Shown here: positions 51,612-64,000 of the stretch, piece after piece
How positions within the stretch are numbered: the first letter of the stretch is position 1
How the letters are laid out: each line of letters begins with the position of its first letter
NCBI GenBank assembly: GCA_964016885.1
Contig: OZ024740.1
Coordinates: 249,488,001-249,552,000 of the forward strand
Length of the DNA: 64,000 bases
DNA from: Eledone cirrhosa
Lineage: Eukaryota
Direction: 5' to 3'
Program-made: the position numbers and the translations under genes
The notes under the pieces: generated by a model
What the model was told of the DNA's origin: nothing
Database searches by the model: none
What the model saw: only the letters and a program-made list of their open reading frames with translations

Positions 51612-52141
51612 GCAAAGTTAGGATTAACAATGACTACAGTTACGAATTTAGCATACAGGTTGGCGTCCACCAGGGTTCTGTTCTTAGCCCTCTCCTGTTT
51701 ATTATCGTACTGTAGGCTATAACTGAAGAGTTTAAGACCAGCTGCCCATGGGAACTACTGTACACGGATGATCTTACACTCTTAGAGGAATCTATGGTCA
51801 AACTAGAGAAGAAATTCCAAACATGGAAGCAAGGCCTAAAAACAAGGGGTCTTAAAGTCAACCTGACAAAAACAAAGATCTTAGTAAGTAGAAGAGAAAA
51901 CAGAACCCAGATCCCCCTAGGGAAATGGCCTTGCTCAGTATGTACGAAAGGTGTAGGTAGAAATTCCTTCCCCAGCCTCAAATGCAACCTATGGGTACAC
52001 AAAAAGCACCCAATAGTCACTGTAAATGAGGTTGGCATTAGGAAGAGCATGCAGCTGTAGAAACCAAGTTCTGTATGAGCAAGATATGGACACTTAACCT
52101 GGCATTGCTCACAACTGGATGTTAAACAGTGATGATGATGA
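51612..52141 (+). mobile_element. Internally deleted RTE LINE
   Basis: CPWELLYTDDL and GLKVNLTKTK joined directly to the 3'UTR and (GAT)n tail. Confidence 0.85.
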
Positions 52142-52892
52142 CTAGCAGTAACATAAACAGTTACAATGTTCTTGGTAACTGTGAACAATATTTCCTAAAG
52201 TGGGTTCCTTAAAATAAGGGGTCTTTTAATTTTAAAAAAATTATAGTCGTGGAGGACTTTTCATAAAATATAGGTATAGGCCCCGCAAAATATTTGGATC
52301 GTGAGGACTGGCACTATATGGTGCTGAAGAAGACCTGACCTGCAATGAGTGGCCTGACTCACCCCTGTTCCTCCACACCACTACACCCCCTCCCCACAAA
52401 CGCTTCTAGCTGTTGCCCACTTGATAAGTGATTGGTGATGGGAAAAGCATCCAGCCATGGAAGACTTGCCAAACAAACAGTTGGGAGGTCCCTTCAGTTG
52501 CATCAAGTTGTGACAGCCGTAAAATGGTTGGTGATAGGAAGGGCATCCAACCATAGAAAACTTGCCAAACAAAATGTCGGGAGGACCCTACAGTCATGTC
52601 AAGGACATGACAGCCTCCTTAGTTTTAGTGATCTACATGATAAACGCACTCAGTACATAATGTAAAGTGGTTGGTGGTAGAAAGGGCATCCAGTCAGCGA
52701 AAGCTTGACAAACAATGTATATCCACTAAATTACGATGACTTCATTCTATCTACCTTTGAATAGTTATTGAGACTAGCAGAAAAACTGCCCTGTGGGTGG
52801 TTTTCTGCTAGCATATGTAGTGTGCATATTGGTATTATACACAAATATATATGCATATAGATATATGTAAATTGAAAAGTAAATTGACAATA

Positions 52893-53480
52893 TCTTCTTC
52901 TTCACCCACTTATTTCTGAGAGGGTCGTGGGGGCAGAGTCCTTCTCAAACACTCGTTCCAGCGAGTCTGTCAGTAGCAAACATCTCTAACTGATCCAGCT
53001 GGATCCCAAAGCGTGACCAACCAGCTCGTGGATGTTATCCAACTATCTTGCTGGTTGGTTTTGTCTGTAAAATGTGTCCAGCGATTCTTTACTGAGACAT
53101 TCTAACCACATGCTCATAATATCGGAGTTGTGATCTCTCAATTCGGAGAAGTAACGGCTCTACCAGGAGTGACTCTCTGGTCTCTGAGCTATGCACTTTA
53201 TCGAGTAACGTTACTCCAAAGACCCTTCGGAGGAATCCCATTTCTGCCACTTTTCTTTTCTTTTGGTCATTACTCAAGATTCATGATTCATGATCCTCGG
53301 TAAGAGCTGGCAGGAATACCAGGAAGACAGCGAGTTTGGCTTTTACACCTACTTCTGATTGCCGAGGCTGAGCTGGCGCATTACTGCATCAGCTTTTGCA
53401 ATTCTTGCACTTAATTCAGCCTTCTGCATTCCATCACTCATGAACACGGCTCCAATATACTTGAACTTCTCTAACTGCTT
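52893..53480 (-). mobile_element. Second RTE-clade family (Rex3/Expander-like) 3' end; related piece ~42975-43180 (+)
   Basis: EKFKYIGAVF, AEMGFLRRVFGVTLLDKV, IERSQLRYYEHVVRM, (GAA)n tail. Confidence 0.8.
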
Positions 53481-55639
53481 CATTCACATGTATATAAATT
53501 TGAGAGACTTCTGTCCACCCGTCCATCACGCAATGTGTATGTGTGTAAAAGGAAGGAAAGGGATACACACATATACATGTCTAACTTAAAAACAGTGACA
53601 CACACACACATCTCTAATTTAAGAACACCGACAAACTCACGTGCGTGCACATACATACACTGTCCTATTACCACTTAAGAGCTTTGGCCCGGGCAAACAT
53701 CCCCTCAATTTTGGAACCGTCTGGATTGTCCTGAATTGATGGGAAAAGATGTGACGGTCTTACTCTAAGCTCCTGGTCAAGAGACAGGTGTGCTGGCTTG
53801 CCTCAACAATTATTAGAGGGGTTTCCCAGTGCTCCTCGCTATATTGCTATCTTTTGCTCTGGTAGCAGCTCATTTTTCCACTCTTTCGCCTGCAATGTGG
53901 TCTAAGATGTGTGTATTACGTGCTTGTATATTTTTTCTCTTTCTTTATATTCTATTTGTTAGTGTTTTCGTTCTGTAACATTTATATTAAATGAGTTTTA
54001 AAAAAAAGAGTTAATGAATAAATTAAACATTATACTTGTTTTACCCTCCTATTTCCAATTTACCGAACGCTGCTATCATGACTCTATGTGTGTTTTTGTG
54101 TAAATGTATATGTGTGAATGTATGCATGTTTGTGTGAAAGTATGTCCGCGAGCGTGTATTTTTATAAGTTTGTGTTTGCGCGATTACAGTTATATCCTCA
54201 TACATATAGATGAATGCATGTGCATACTCATACACATCAGCGTGTAGAAAATCATAATCTGTATCTCTCTCATCACACACTCTCTCTTTCTATGGTAGTT
54301 GAAGTGGTGGTGGTGGTGGCAACGATATACTGGAAGTGTAGAAATGTGAAACTTTGAAAAGAAGTCAATTTTAAATTATTTATGTCTACAAAAATTAGTT
54401 CATAAATTATGTAATATTCATTCGTAATTGCTGGCCTTGTGCCAATAGTAGAAACAATTATTTATTCAAAGTAATTCAACTTATTTTACTAACTGGATTA
54501 AAAGAAATAAACCGTACACAGTCCTTACTTTATTATAGTTTAGATTAGTACTTTATTGTTCTTATTGAAGTAGAGTAGATGCATTAGTAAATGTGTCCAC
54601 CCCCTCCTATTGATGACATCACCCACATAACCCACCATCTCTGCTTAGGTACCCCCCCCTACAATCAGTCAAGCCTTCTCTCTACCCATTCTCCTGTCAA
54701 ATCACACCACACATGCCATATACTTATAACTTCCCACCCATATCTCTTCTGTTCTCCCCCAACCCCCACAAAACAGAGAGGGCTCTTCAGTTGAGACAAT
54801 GACCAACAACCTCAATAGTGACAGTGCCACGAAAATGCACCCCACCGTAGAAACCATGTCTAAAAGGTTGTGAGGACCCTCAGTTGTGTCAACTGTACAA
54901 CCTAGTTAGTGATTTACACGATAAATGCACTTAGAACATACTATAAACTGGTTGGTGATAAGAGGGTATCCAGCCATAGAAAGCTTACCAAACAAAGGGT
55001 TGAGAGGACCCTTCAGTTGTGTCATGGACATGATAACCTCTCTAGTGTTGGTGCCATGATAAAACAAAGATTTGTCCAATCCTTGATAGCAGGAAAAACG
55101 GATGTTAAATGACATGATGAAATGATAGTTATGTAGACAGATGAATAGGTATCTGTTAGACATGCAGTGACTAACAACAGAATGTTTTAAGTCTGTATGT
55201 CTGACATACATGCATAGCTTGTGAATAAAAATTTCAAGGGGTATCGCTGGCCGTGGTGATGCCTCCCAAACATCTTTTGTAATGTATCGTCTTATTGGCT
55301 AATTAACCAACGAGAGTAATTGTTGCTCAAAAGCATCCGCCACTTTGTTTCCATGTTTATTTATTGTTTCGCTTTTGAATCTTCCTCCAGTATTTCATCG
55401 TTTTCATGAAAATATTTTTCTCGTTTTGGTAAGTTATATTGTTTATTTATATATAATTTTTAAATTTATATTAACTATTAAAAGTCTGAAAATATTTTTA
55501 TACATCTTACAATAATATTTATAAGATCATTTATAAAATAACAATTATATAATCTAATTACATTACAACGATAATTTATTATTAATATATATCATGTTTA
55601 ACTAGAGTTGTTACAAGCATTGCCTTAAAAAAATATTAA

Positions 55640-56083
55640 ACTAGACCTGAAAAATGCACAAGCTCAAAAGAGCCACAGAATGTTATAATAAACCTTCAAA
55701 AGTGTGGGACTAGAGTTGTTGCTAAAAAATATTGTAATCATTATCTATCGTACACTCTGTGGCATCCTTTTATAAAAAAGAGACGCATAACGAACTCAAG
55801 ACGACATGATAATTATTTAAGTGAATTTATAATATAGAATTCGGTTTAAGTGCATTTCGTATTAATCATTACTAAACATCTAATATGAGATATTGAACAT
55901 TAGCTTAAATAATTATCGTGTTGACTTATATATATATATATATGAGTTTGTTATGAATCTCCACAGAGTGTACGATAGATAATGATTACAATATTTTTGA
56001 GCAAAAACTCTAGTCCCACACTTTTGAAGGTTTATTATAACATTCTGTGACTCTTTTGAGCTTGCGCATTTTTCAGGTCTAGT
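55640..56083. repeat. Inverted duplication (55640-55798 vs 55943-56083)
   Basis: The second copy is bracketed by (TA)n on both sides and lacks an ~18-nt segment. Confidence 0.92.
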
Positions 56084-56231
56084 ATATATATATATATATA
56101 CATAGATAGACAGAAAGTTATAACTATACCACTGACTAGAAGGAGGATATGTTTTGTCAACACTAAACAAATATATAACAAAGTGGTTATCTCATGACAC
56201 TTGTGTTTTATTATGATAATTTATTTTGCTT

Positions 56232-56622
56232 CATCATCATCACCGTTTTACGTCCGTTCTTCCACGCTAGCATGGGTTAGACGGTTGTCCTGTTGGGGGC
56301 AGTGTCCGGTCGGCTGACCTTGTCTTGCTCATACGGGAATTGATTCTGGCTTGATTTCTACAGATGGATGCCCTTCCTAACACCAACCTCATTTACAGTG
56401 TGGGCTGGGTGCTTTTTTGCCATGGCACCTCCATGACTACTTTGCAGTGGAATGATAGGGACCCCGGTCCTATCATCTCATTTCTACAGCTGAGTAAACT
56501 GGAGCAATGTGAAATAAAGTCTCTTGCTCAAGGAACCAACACATCACCCGGTCCGAGAATTGAACTCACAACCTTTCGATTGCAAGCCCAATGCTCTAAC
56601 CACTAAGCCATGTGCCCTCACT
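56232..56622 (-). mobile_element. tRNA-derived SINE family 2 with RTE-derived 3' tail (second copy ~56705-56998; heads also at ~10050 +, ~41935-42015 -, ~63625 +)
   Basis: Head catggcttagtggttagagc ... gagttcaattc (A and B boxes). The 3' ~220 bp closely match the RTE end at 1667-1935. Confidence 0.85.
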
Positions 56623-59153
56623 TGCTTAACTATTAATATCCTGCGCTGCATAAAACCATGCTAGTAAGACGTTGTTGAAAAGTATAAAACAATGTTCATT
56701 ATTTCATCATTTCATTTTACGTCCGCTTTTCCCTGCTTGCAAGGGTGGGATGGGAACTGATTCTGGCTTGATTTCTACAGCTGGATGCCCTTCCTAACAC
56801 CAACCTCATTTACAGTGAATGCTGGGTGCTTTTTTGCCATGGCACCTCCACGACCACTTTGCAGTGGAATGATATGGACCCCAATCCCTATCATCTCATT
56901 TCTACAGCTGAGTAAACTGGAGCAATGTGAAATAAAGTGTCTTGCTCAAGGAAAAAACACATCACCCGGTCTGAGAATTGAACTCACAACCTTTCATGTG
57001 CCTCCAATGTTATGATTGTTTATTAATTAAAAGTTGAGTCTCTACCCTAATACTTCAAATTTTCACAAAGATCAGCCCACTAGTAAAGATACTATAAATA
57101 TTAGAAGTAACAAACCTGTTTTAAGATATTTTTTGCTCTAATCATTACAAGATATTAAGCGTCAAGCATTGTTAGCATAAATGTTATAGGCAAATGGTGA
57201 AAAAAAAAAACAAGAGGCTATATGAGCTTGCATCTCATTGGAGGTTGTTTCTTCAGTGTTTGCATGGTCACTCAGTCTGCTAGAGATAACCAAAGTATTC
57301 CTCAAATAACCCACCCTACTCTCTTAAAAAGAAAAGTTAAGATAATCATGGCTAGAATGACTTTGAGCATAGATCGATTCAATCAAAGCTAACCCGGAGC
57401 TAAACAAAGCAAGCTACAAGTATGTATAAAAATACACATATTGATTGGTTGGTGACATTGTAAGTGCTCCTTTTTAACTACAGATACTAAATTATAATTT
57501 GTTTTCAAAATATGTTTAATGTATAGCATACAATCATCATTTTTACATCTGCTTCTGGCATGGACTGGACAAGGCATTTTGAGGCAGTATTGTAAAGTGT
57601 GATGTCCACCTTTACTTGAGCTGTAGGACATAAATATCATTGCGGCCCAAATGGTGTTATGTGAAAACACACAGACCACACATATAAGACAGTTTCCATC
57701 CACCAAATTCCACTCAGAAGGCATTGGTAAAAGTCACTTGTCCAAGGTGCCACACAGTGGGATTGAAAATAAAGTGAAATTCATAATTACAAAGCCATGT
57801 TAGTGCCTATACAATACATATGAAAAAAAATATTTGTGTTATAAGAATCAAATACCATTTTACACTTTAGAGAAATAAAGTTGATTAAATGTCTGAATAT
57901 GATCTGTTGTTAATCAGATTATTATTTCTCGGTCTATTAACTTTGTTTTTAGAAAGATATAAGAAATCCTTTTACAATATGACATCTACATTTCATGATG
58001 ATGATAATGATGGTGACATTTGTAGTAGGCAACATTGAAAAAAAGTCAATCCCTATAAGTTTTTAAAAAAGTTCATTATGTTCTTGACATTTTTTGACAG
58101 GCTGTCTGTCCCTATGTAATAAAATACAGAAGTATATGTGCAAACTCATCTATAAAACCTATAACAAAGATTAAATATTTTATATATATTCATATATTCA
58201 GGTAGATATGTTGCACCTTCGTACCATATATTTTGAATTGATGATTTGTAGGATCAGTAGATAAGTTGCATGCTGGTTTTTCACATCGTATTTTGATGGA
58301 AAAAGTGCAACTTATGCACAAGTATATACATCAGTGATTCTGAACATAGGTCGCACAACCAAAAGGGTTGTAACTTTAATATTTTAGGGGTAATCTCACT
58401 AAGTTGAGATCACCAAAGTTGAAAGTAAATAAAATTTGAATGTTATAATCTTACTAATGTAGTAAATTAAAAGTTGTATTAATTAACTCTTAACATTCTA
58501 CAATGATTCAGCAAAAAATCTCTAAAAACAGAATTGTGGTACAGGACATTAAAAGTTAAACGCATTGGGGGAAGAGGGGACAAATTTCTAAATTTGTATT
58601 GTTTTAACACCAAACATTATTTTTTATATTGAGGTGAAGGGGTAAAATTGTTTTGAGGTGTAGTGCTAGCTGGGAGCAAAAATGGTTGAAAACCATTGTT
58701 CTGAAGATTCTTAAACACTAAATAAAAAAGATAGTTTAGGTGGTGAATTGGCAGAGTCATTAGAGCATAGGACAAGAATAGGTGTGGTGTTTATTCTAGC
58801 TTTCTAACTTTGAATTCAAATCTCTCTGATGTCAACTTTACTTTTCATGGTCAATAAAATATAATTGTTTCTACTTTAGGCACAAGGCCAGCAATTACCC
58901 AGTAATATAATATCAGCCTGTAGTAGTGAATTAATAGAAATGTGAAAATCACAGTATTTGTTCTAGCTCTGCATTCAGACCTCAAACTTCACTGTGGTTG
59001 GTCGGCTTCATTAACACTGCCACCTGGCCATCAGGAGCTTTTAGTGGAATCCATTCTGTTGTAAGAATTCAGGCCAGGTCTCCAGTTTAAAGATACTTTC
59101 CTCTTTCCCACTGACAAGCCCCAGAGCTCCTGAACACTTCCCTGACTAAACAG

Positions 59154-59212
59154 TAAAAAATAAAAAATAAAAAATAAAAAATAAAAAATAAAAAATAAAA
59201 AATAAAAAAAAA
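59154..59212 (+). repeat. (TAAAAAA)n heptamer tandem, probably a retroposon tail
   Basis: About 8 copies following actaaacagtaaaa, an end motif also seen at ~25272. Confidence 0.8.
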
Positions 59213-61080
59213 TCTATTAAGACCCCTGACCAAGATTAAAAATCAGCTGTTCACTGTAAAGGGTCTTTCAAGCAAGAACAAATAAAATAAAGTGAAAGAA
59301 ATTTCAACACAACTAATATAATTACAAACATTTTCAAGTAAAAAATTAATTCCTAACTGATGCCCATTGTATCCCATATGATAAAGGTTCCTTCAAACAC
59401 TATGTGCAATTAATATTTAAAATAATTGTTTCTACTTTAGGCACAAGGCCAGCAATTAACCAGTACATTACCGGTACTTTATTTTATCGACCCTGTAAGG
59501 ATGAAAGGCAAAGTTAACTTCGGCGGGATTTGAACTCAGACTGTAAAGGGACGTAACTATGCTAGAAAGCATGGCGTCCAACCCTCTACTGATACTGCCA
59601 ATTCACCGCCCTATAATATTTAAAATAATGTTTACTATTATATATATAAGTATTGCAATAAAGAAATAATATTATTAGTGTAGTTATGATCATTTTATAT
59701 TATCGGATGGAAGGGAGAGAGAGGAAGAAAAACTAAAACCAGAGACCTGGCATAAATGTTTGCCACAGAGTGAGCTTTATTAAAAGCACCAGCTCGCCAA
59801 CAGATTAATCTACCAATCACTTAATTAACAACCCCAATATATATATATATATATATCCTACCCAGTTGTTATGGACAGGAGTGTGGAATTTGAATTCAGA
59901 ACATGGAGCCTGCAAAGTATCTTGCCAAATACTCTACCGATTCTGCCAGTCTGTTACCTTAAATTAGTACTTTAATGATAGACCTTAGAAAAAAATGAAA
60001 GGTACAGTTGAGCTTGTAGCATTTGAACCCAGAATATAAATAGCTGGAATAAACACTGCAAAGCATTTTGTTTGACCCATTTGCCAATTCATTGTTAGAA
60101 TTATTTAGACTAGTTTTATCTCTTGTATATGTATTTCAATGACCATATTCTGTTTTTAATAGAAAATATCTAGTAAGCAAGTTATAGTTAAATATTTCCA
60201 AACAAAAGGATACACATTAAGCTTATCAATTAAATTTTTTTAAATAGTAACCCAATCTTTGAAATTGGATATAAAAATGTATATTATAATTATTATGCAT
60301 TGACACTAAATAGCAGTTATGTAGCGCAGGTAAAGCAGTCTCCACTGGATCAGCCACAAAACATGCCTGAAAGCAGTTTCATTGACGAACAAAGCCAACT
60401 CCAATAACTCAAAATCTATGGAGATGAAGCTAGATACAGCAAGTTGCAGGCATGGCTATGTGGTTAAGAAATTCCCATGATCACAGGTTTGATTTCACTG
60501 CATGGCATCTGAAGTAAGTATACTATAGTCTCCGGCCAATTAATGTCTTGAGTAAATTGTGAGGAAGCCTAGCATATATATATATATATATATATACCAT
60601 TTAAAACAAGGAATGTTAATGTCTGCAGCTAACCAGTTTCATGTTTTGATGCCAATCCCACCAGATGAAGCAGTATATACCATGCATTAAAAAAAACTGC
60701 CACAAAAAGTCTAGTCCAACTTATGCCAACATGAAATAGAAAAGTGACTAATCAAATTATAAACACAGGTATCACACAAGAAGCAATCAGTTTGTGAACT
60801 TTATACATAAGATTCAGTGTCTTTGTTTCCATTCAAATGATTGAAAACTCCTCTTATACAAATTTCAATGCCTTTTGTATAAGCAATTAAAATTGCAACA
60901 AAGACAATGACATATTTATTTACTACTTATGTATGCAATATTTCTCTATTTCTCTTCATTCATTACCAGAAACTAAACTTGCATCTTTCTCCACTTTTTC
61001 TTATAATACTAATTCAGCCTACTCAAAAGAATAATTTTCTAACATTATCTAATTCACGCAGAAACATTCTAGAGCAATGC

Positions 61081-61273
61081 TTAACCTTTTAGCATTTAAA
61101 CCGGCAGTATCTGGCCAGAATTTTCTCACTTCTTTCTGTTCATACTGATGTTAAGATATTGTTCTCAAAATAAATAATATCAAAATCTCATAGATTTGAT
61201 ATTATGTAAAGTAAAACCTTTACTGTGAAAATATAACAGTAAATATAGAGTAATGTGAATGCTAAAGGGTTAA
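61081..61273. mobile_element. piggyBac-like MITE family A copy
   Basis: ttaaccttttagcatt ... aatgctaaagggttaa. Confidence 0.78.
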
Positions 61274-61661
61274 GGCATGTTGCTAGTTTACAAGGAAAAA
61301 TATTAGCTTTACTCATCAGACACTTAGCTCTTTTAATGAGTTTTATATATCCTAAACTGACCGATTATCAACTTGTAATTAATCTATCATAATAAGAGAT
61401 AGATCTAGGAGCTGCATTATTGTAATTTTTCTCTGGAACTAATTTAATAGCTAATCCATTGTTTAAGGTTTGAAAGTTCATTGATCCAAATGATCTGATT
61501 TAACCTTCATGTGTGTGAAGGGGAGGGTTATGAAAGGTAGAACTTTCAGTTTATAGGAAATAATTGTTAATCTTGGTGAATCAAAAAATAATAATAAAGT
61601 ACAAAGACATATATGAATATATGAGGTTAACTATACTTGACATTTCTTATCTATGTCTGGC

Positions 61662-62320
61662 TTAATCCTTTTGTTACCAACCCACCTAAAACAGCCGCTG
61701 GTTCTACAATACAAAATTCATGTAAGAACCTTTTATTAAGTAAACTTCCAAACTCCAGATTAATAATGGTTTCAGATTTAGGCATGAGGCTAACAATTTT
61801 AGGGGAAGGGAAAATCAATTAAATCAACCTTGGTGCTTTATTTCATCAACACTGTAAGGATTAATGGCAAAGCTAACTTTGGTGAGATTTGAACTCAGAC
61901 TATAAAGGGCTGTAACCCAATGCTGCAAAGCATGCTATCTGATGCTCTACTAATACAGCCAATCCACTGCCCTAAACTCCTGATTAATAATGAACATGTT
62001 CATCTATATCACTAAATTTGTCCAAATTCTTCATTATTTTCAAAGTAAATTATGAAACCATTATTAATCTGGTGGATTGGCAATTGGTAGAGGGTCAGAC
62101 ACCATACTTTGACGCATAGAGTTACGGCCCTTGCCATTCTGAGTTAAAATCCCACCAAGGTTAACTTTGCCTTTCATCCTTACGAGGTTGATAAAATAAA
62201 GTATCAGTAACGCACTGGGTAATTTGCTGGCCTTGTGCCAAAAGTTGAAACAATTATTTTCAAAGTAAATTAAAATAACCTATGCATATTTCATTAGAAA
62301 TATGGTAACAAAAAGATTAA
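61662..62320. mobile_element. TTAA-flanked MITE family B carrying two nested SINEs (related pieces ~20622-20750, ~21170-21283, ~22813-23045)
   Basis: ttaatccttttgttacca ... tggtaacaaaaagattaa inverted ends. SINEs at ~61790-61972 (-) and ~62070-62258 (+). Confidence 0.65.
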
Positions 62321-64000
62321 AACCACATTTTAGTTTAAGAGTACAAATCTAGTGGCATTTGTTCTAGCTTTTTATGTTCTGAGTTCAAATCTCACCAAGA
62401 TGAACTTCGCTTTTCATTCTTCTGGTGACTGTAGGGTTATTATATTATCAAATATCCCCACTAATTTCTGGCTTTGTACCAAAATTAGAATCCATTAACA
62501 TACTCCTTCTTAATTGGGAAATAAGCCTTTGATGTTTTGATGGCAACCCCACAAGTCATTAGTAGATCTTTTTTTTGCCCTACCCCATGTAAAATGCATT
62601 TTTCTCAGCTTGCTTTCGACTCTTAATGCTCTTTGATTTTCATGTGGTGTCCATCTAACTTATAGTAAACCATTGATTTAAACTATTCCTACATACAGAA
62701 ATAGAGAGAAAGTGACGTCCAATGGGCCAGTGAGATTAAAACTTAGAATACACTGGAGCAATTATCACTTTGCCCTGGATTGGTATTTTATTCTATAACC
62801 CCATGAGGACAAAAGGCAAACTTGACCAGTGGGATTTGAACTCAGAATGCAGCAAAACATTTTGTCTAATGCTTTAACTGCCCAGATTTGCATGTTGTCT
62901 GATGCTCTATCGCCCTATAAATGATGTTATACATTATCAACACCAATCTGAGGCAAAAAAAAAAAAAAAAGAACTGAGCAGACTCACTGATATAGTTGAT
63001 CGTTTGGTCACCTCAGTTGGACAATGTCTTTCTGTCTGAAATTGGTGCTTATAATGTCCAATATCATTCCTTTGTTTTAGTTTATGTAGCTCCCTATCAA
63101 GGACTATGACTATTCCTATGAATTTTCCATGCGGTTTTTAAAGAGTTGTGTATGCAAGAAGCTCACAGGCACCCAAGTTTCCAGACAACAGGTTTAGAAC
63201 TATTAATCTAGATGTTTAGAATAAGCACTTAATTATTTTGAAATGATATCTGTGCTATAGATGAATCACTTAAACCATAGGGATATTGATCATACTCACC
63301 AAAACTAAAATAGGGATCCCAGCTAAATGAATAGAAATTTAGTAAACATATTTTTTTTATTAGTTTCAGTTCATTAGGCTGCAACAATGCAGGGGCACGG
63401 CCTTTACTTGGTCAATTATATTGACCCCAGTACTTATTTTTCTAAGTCTGTTATTTTATTAATATATTTTTTTTTTGTCAAACTGCTACCTAATTCCACT
63501 CACAAGTCAACCTCAGGCTATAGTAGAAAATAATTGCCCAAGATAGCATACAGTGGGACTCAAACAGAACCAGTATTTAGCATGGTTATGGAACATGAAT
63601 AAGATATATATGTTCATTTGTGAAGATGTGTGGCCTTGAGGTTAGTTAGGCTGTTGTTCACATGATCATAGAGCTGATTACTGGCTCTGGGAGTGAGTTG
63701 TGTTCTTAAACAAGATGCATTATTTCATGTTGCTTTTCATGACATGACCATTAAAACACCCAGGAAACTTTATAAGTGTGAGCCATTAATTCCATTTTTC
63801 TTTTCAAATATATATATATAAACCTAGAATATACTTGATATCATCATCACCATCGTTTAATGTCCATTTTCCACACTAGCATGGCTAGGAAGGGCTGTCC
63901 ATTTGTGAGCGATCTGATCAAAGGACCGTGTTTCGCTCACACAGAACTGATTATGACTCGGTTTCTACAGCTGGAGGCCCTTCCTAATGCCAACCATATT

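Noticed and set aside
55236-55420. CpG-containing segment with CCAAT box as the Rfx promoter
   Set aside because: No linked exon or donor was found; it could equally be a DNA-transposon end.

Overview
This is AT-rich eukaryotic (animal) DNA. The SINE, RTE-LINE and (TA)n/(CA)n landscape strongly suggests an octopod cephalopod (inference). Most of the window is intron of one minus-strand gene, an RFX1/2/3-type transcription factor. Three phase-compatible exons are well supported (26182-26437, 19537-19675, 7936-8014) and a probable start exon lies at 32583-32706. Together they encode ~167 aa of a Gln-rich N-terminal region containing 'VQYVE'; the DNA-binding domain is not in the window. The rest is transposon debris: a nested RTE/CR1 stack (1-6.7 kb), a dead mariner, a Penelope remnant, CR1- and Tx1-like LINEs, a Gypsy LTR remnant, two tRNA-SINE families and several MITEs. 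The most interesting signal is at 30.8-32.4 kb: a young, circularly permuted ~0.4-kb unit carrying a type I hammerhead ribozyme (Penelope pseudo-LTR or retrozyme-like), present as an inverted pair, with a diverged relative nearby. Two of these ribozymes are sense in the predicted RFX pre-mRNA. Many long foldbacks also occur. Everything was read by eye, no searches were run, and repeat boundaries are approximate.
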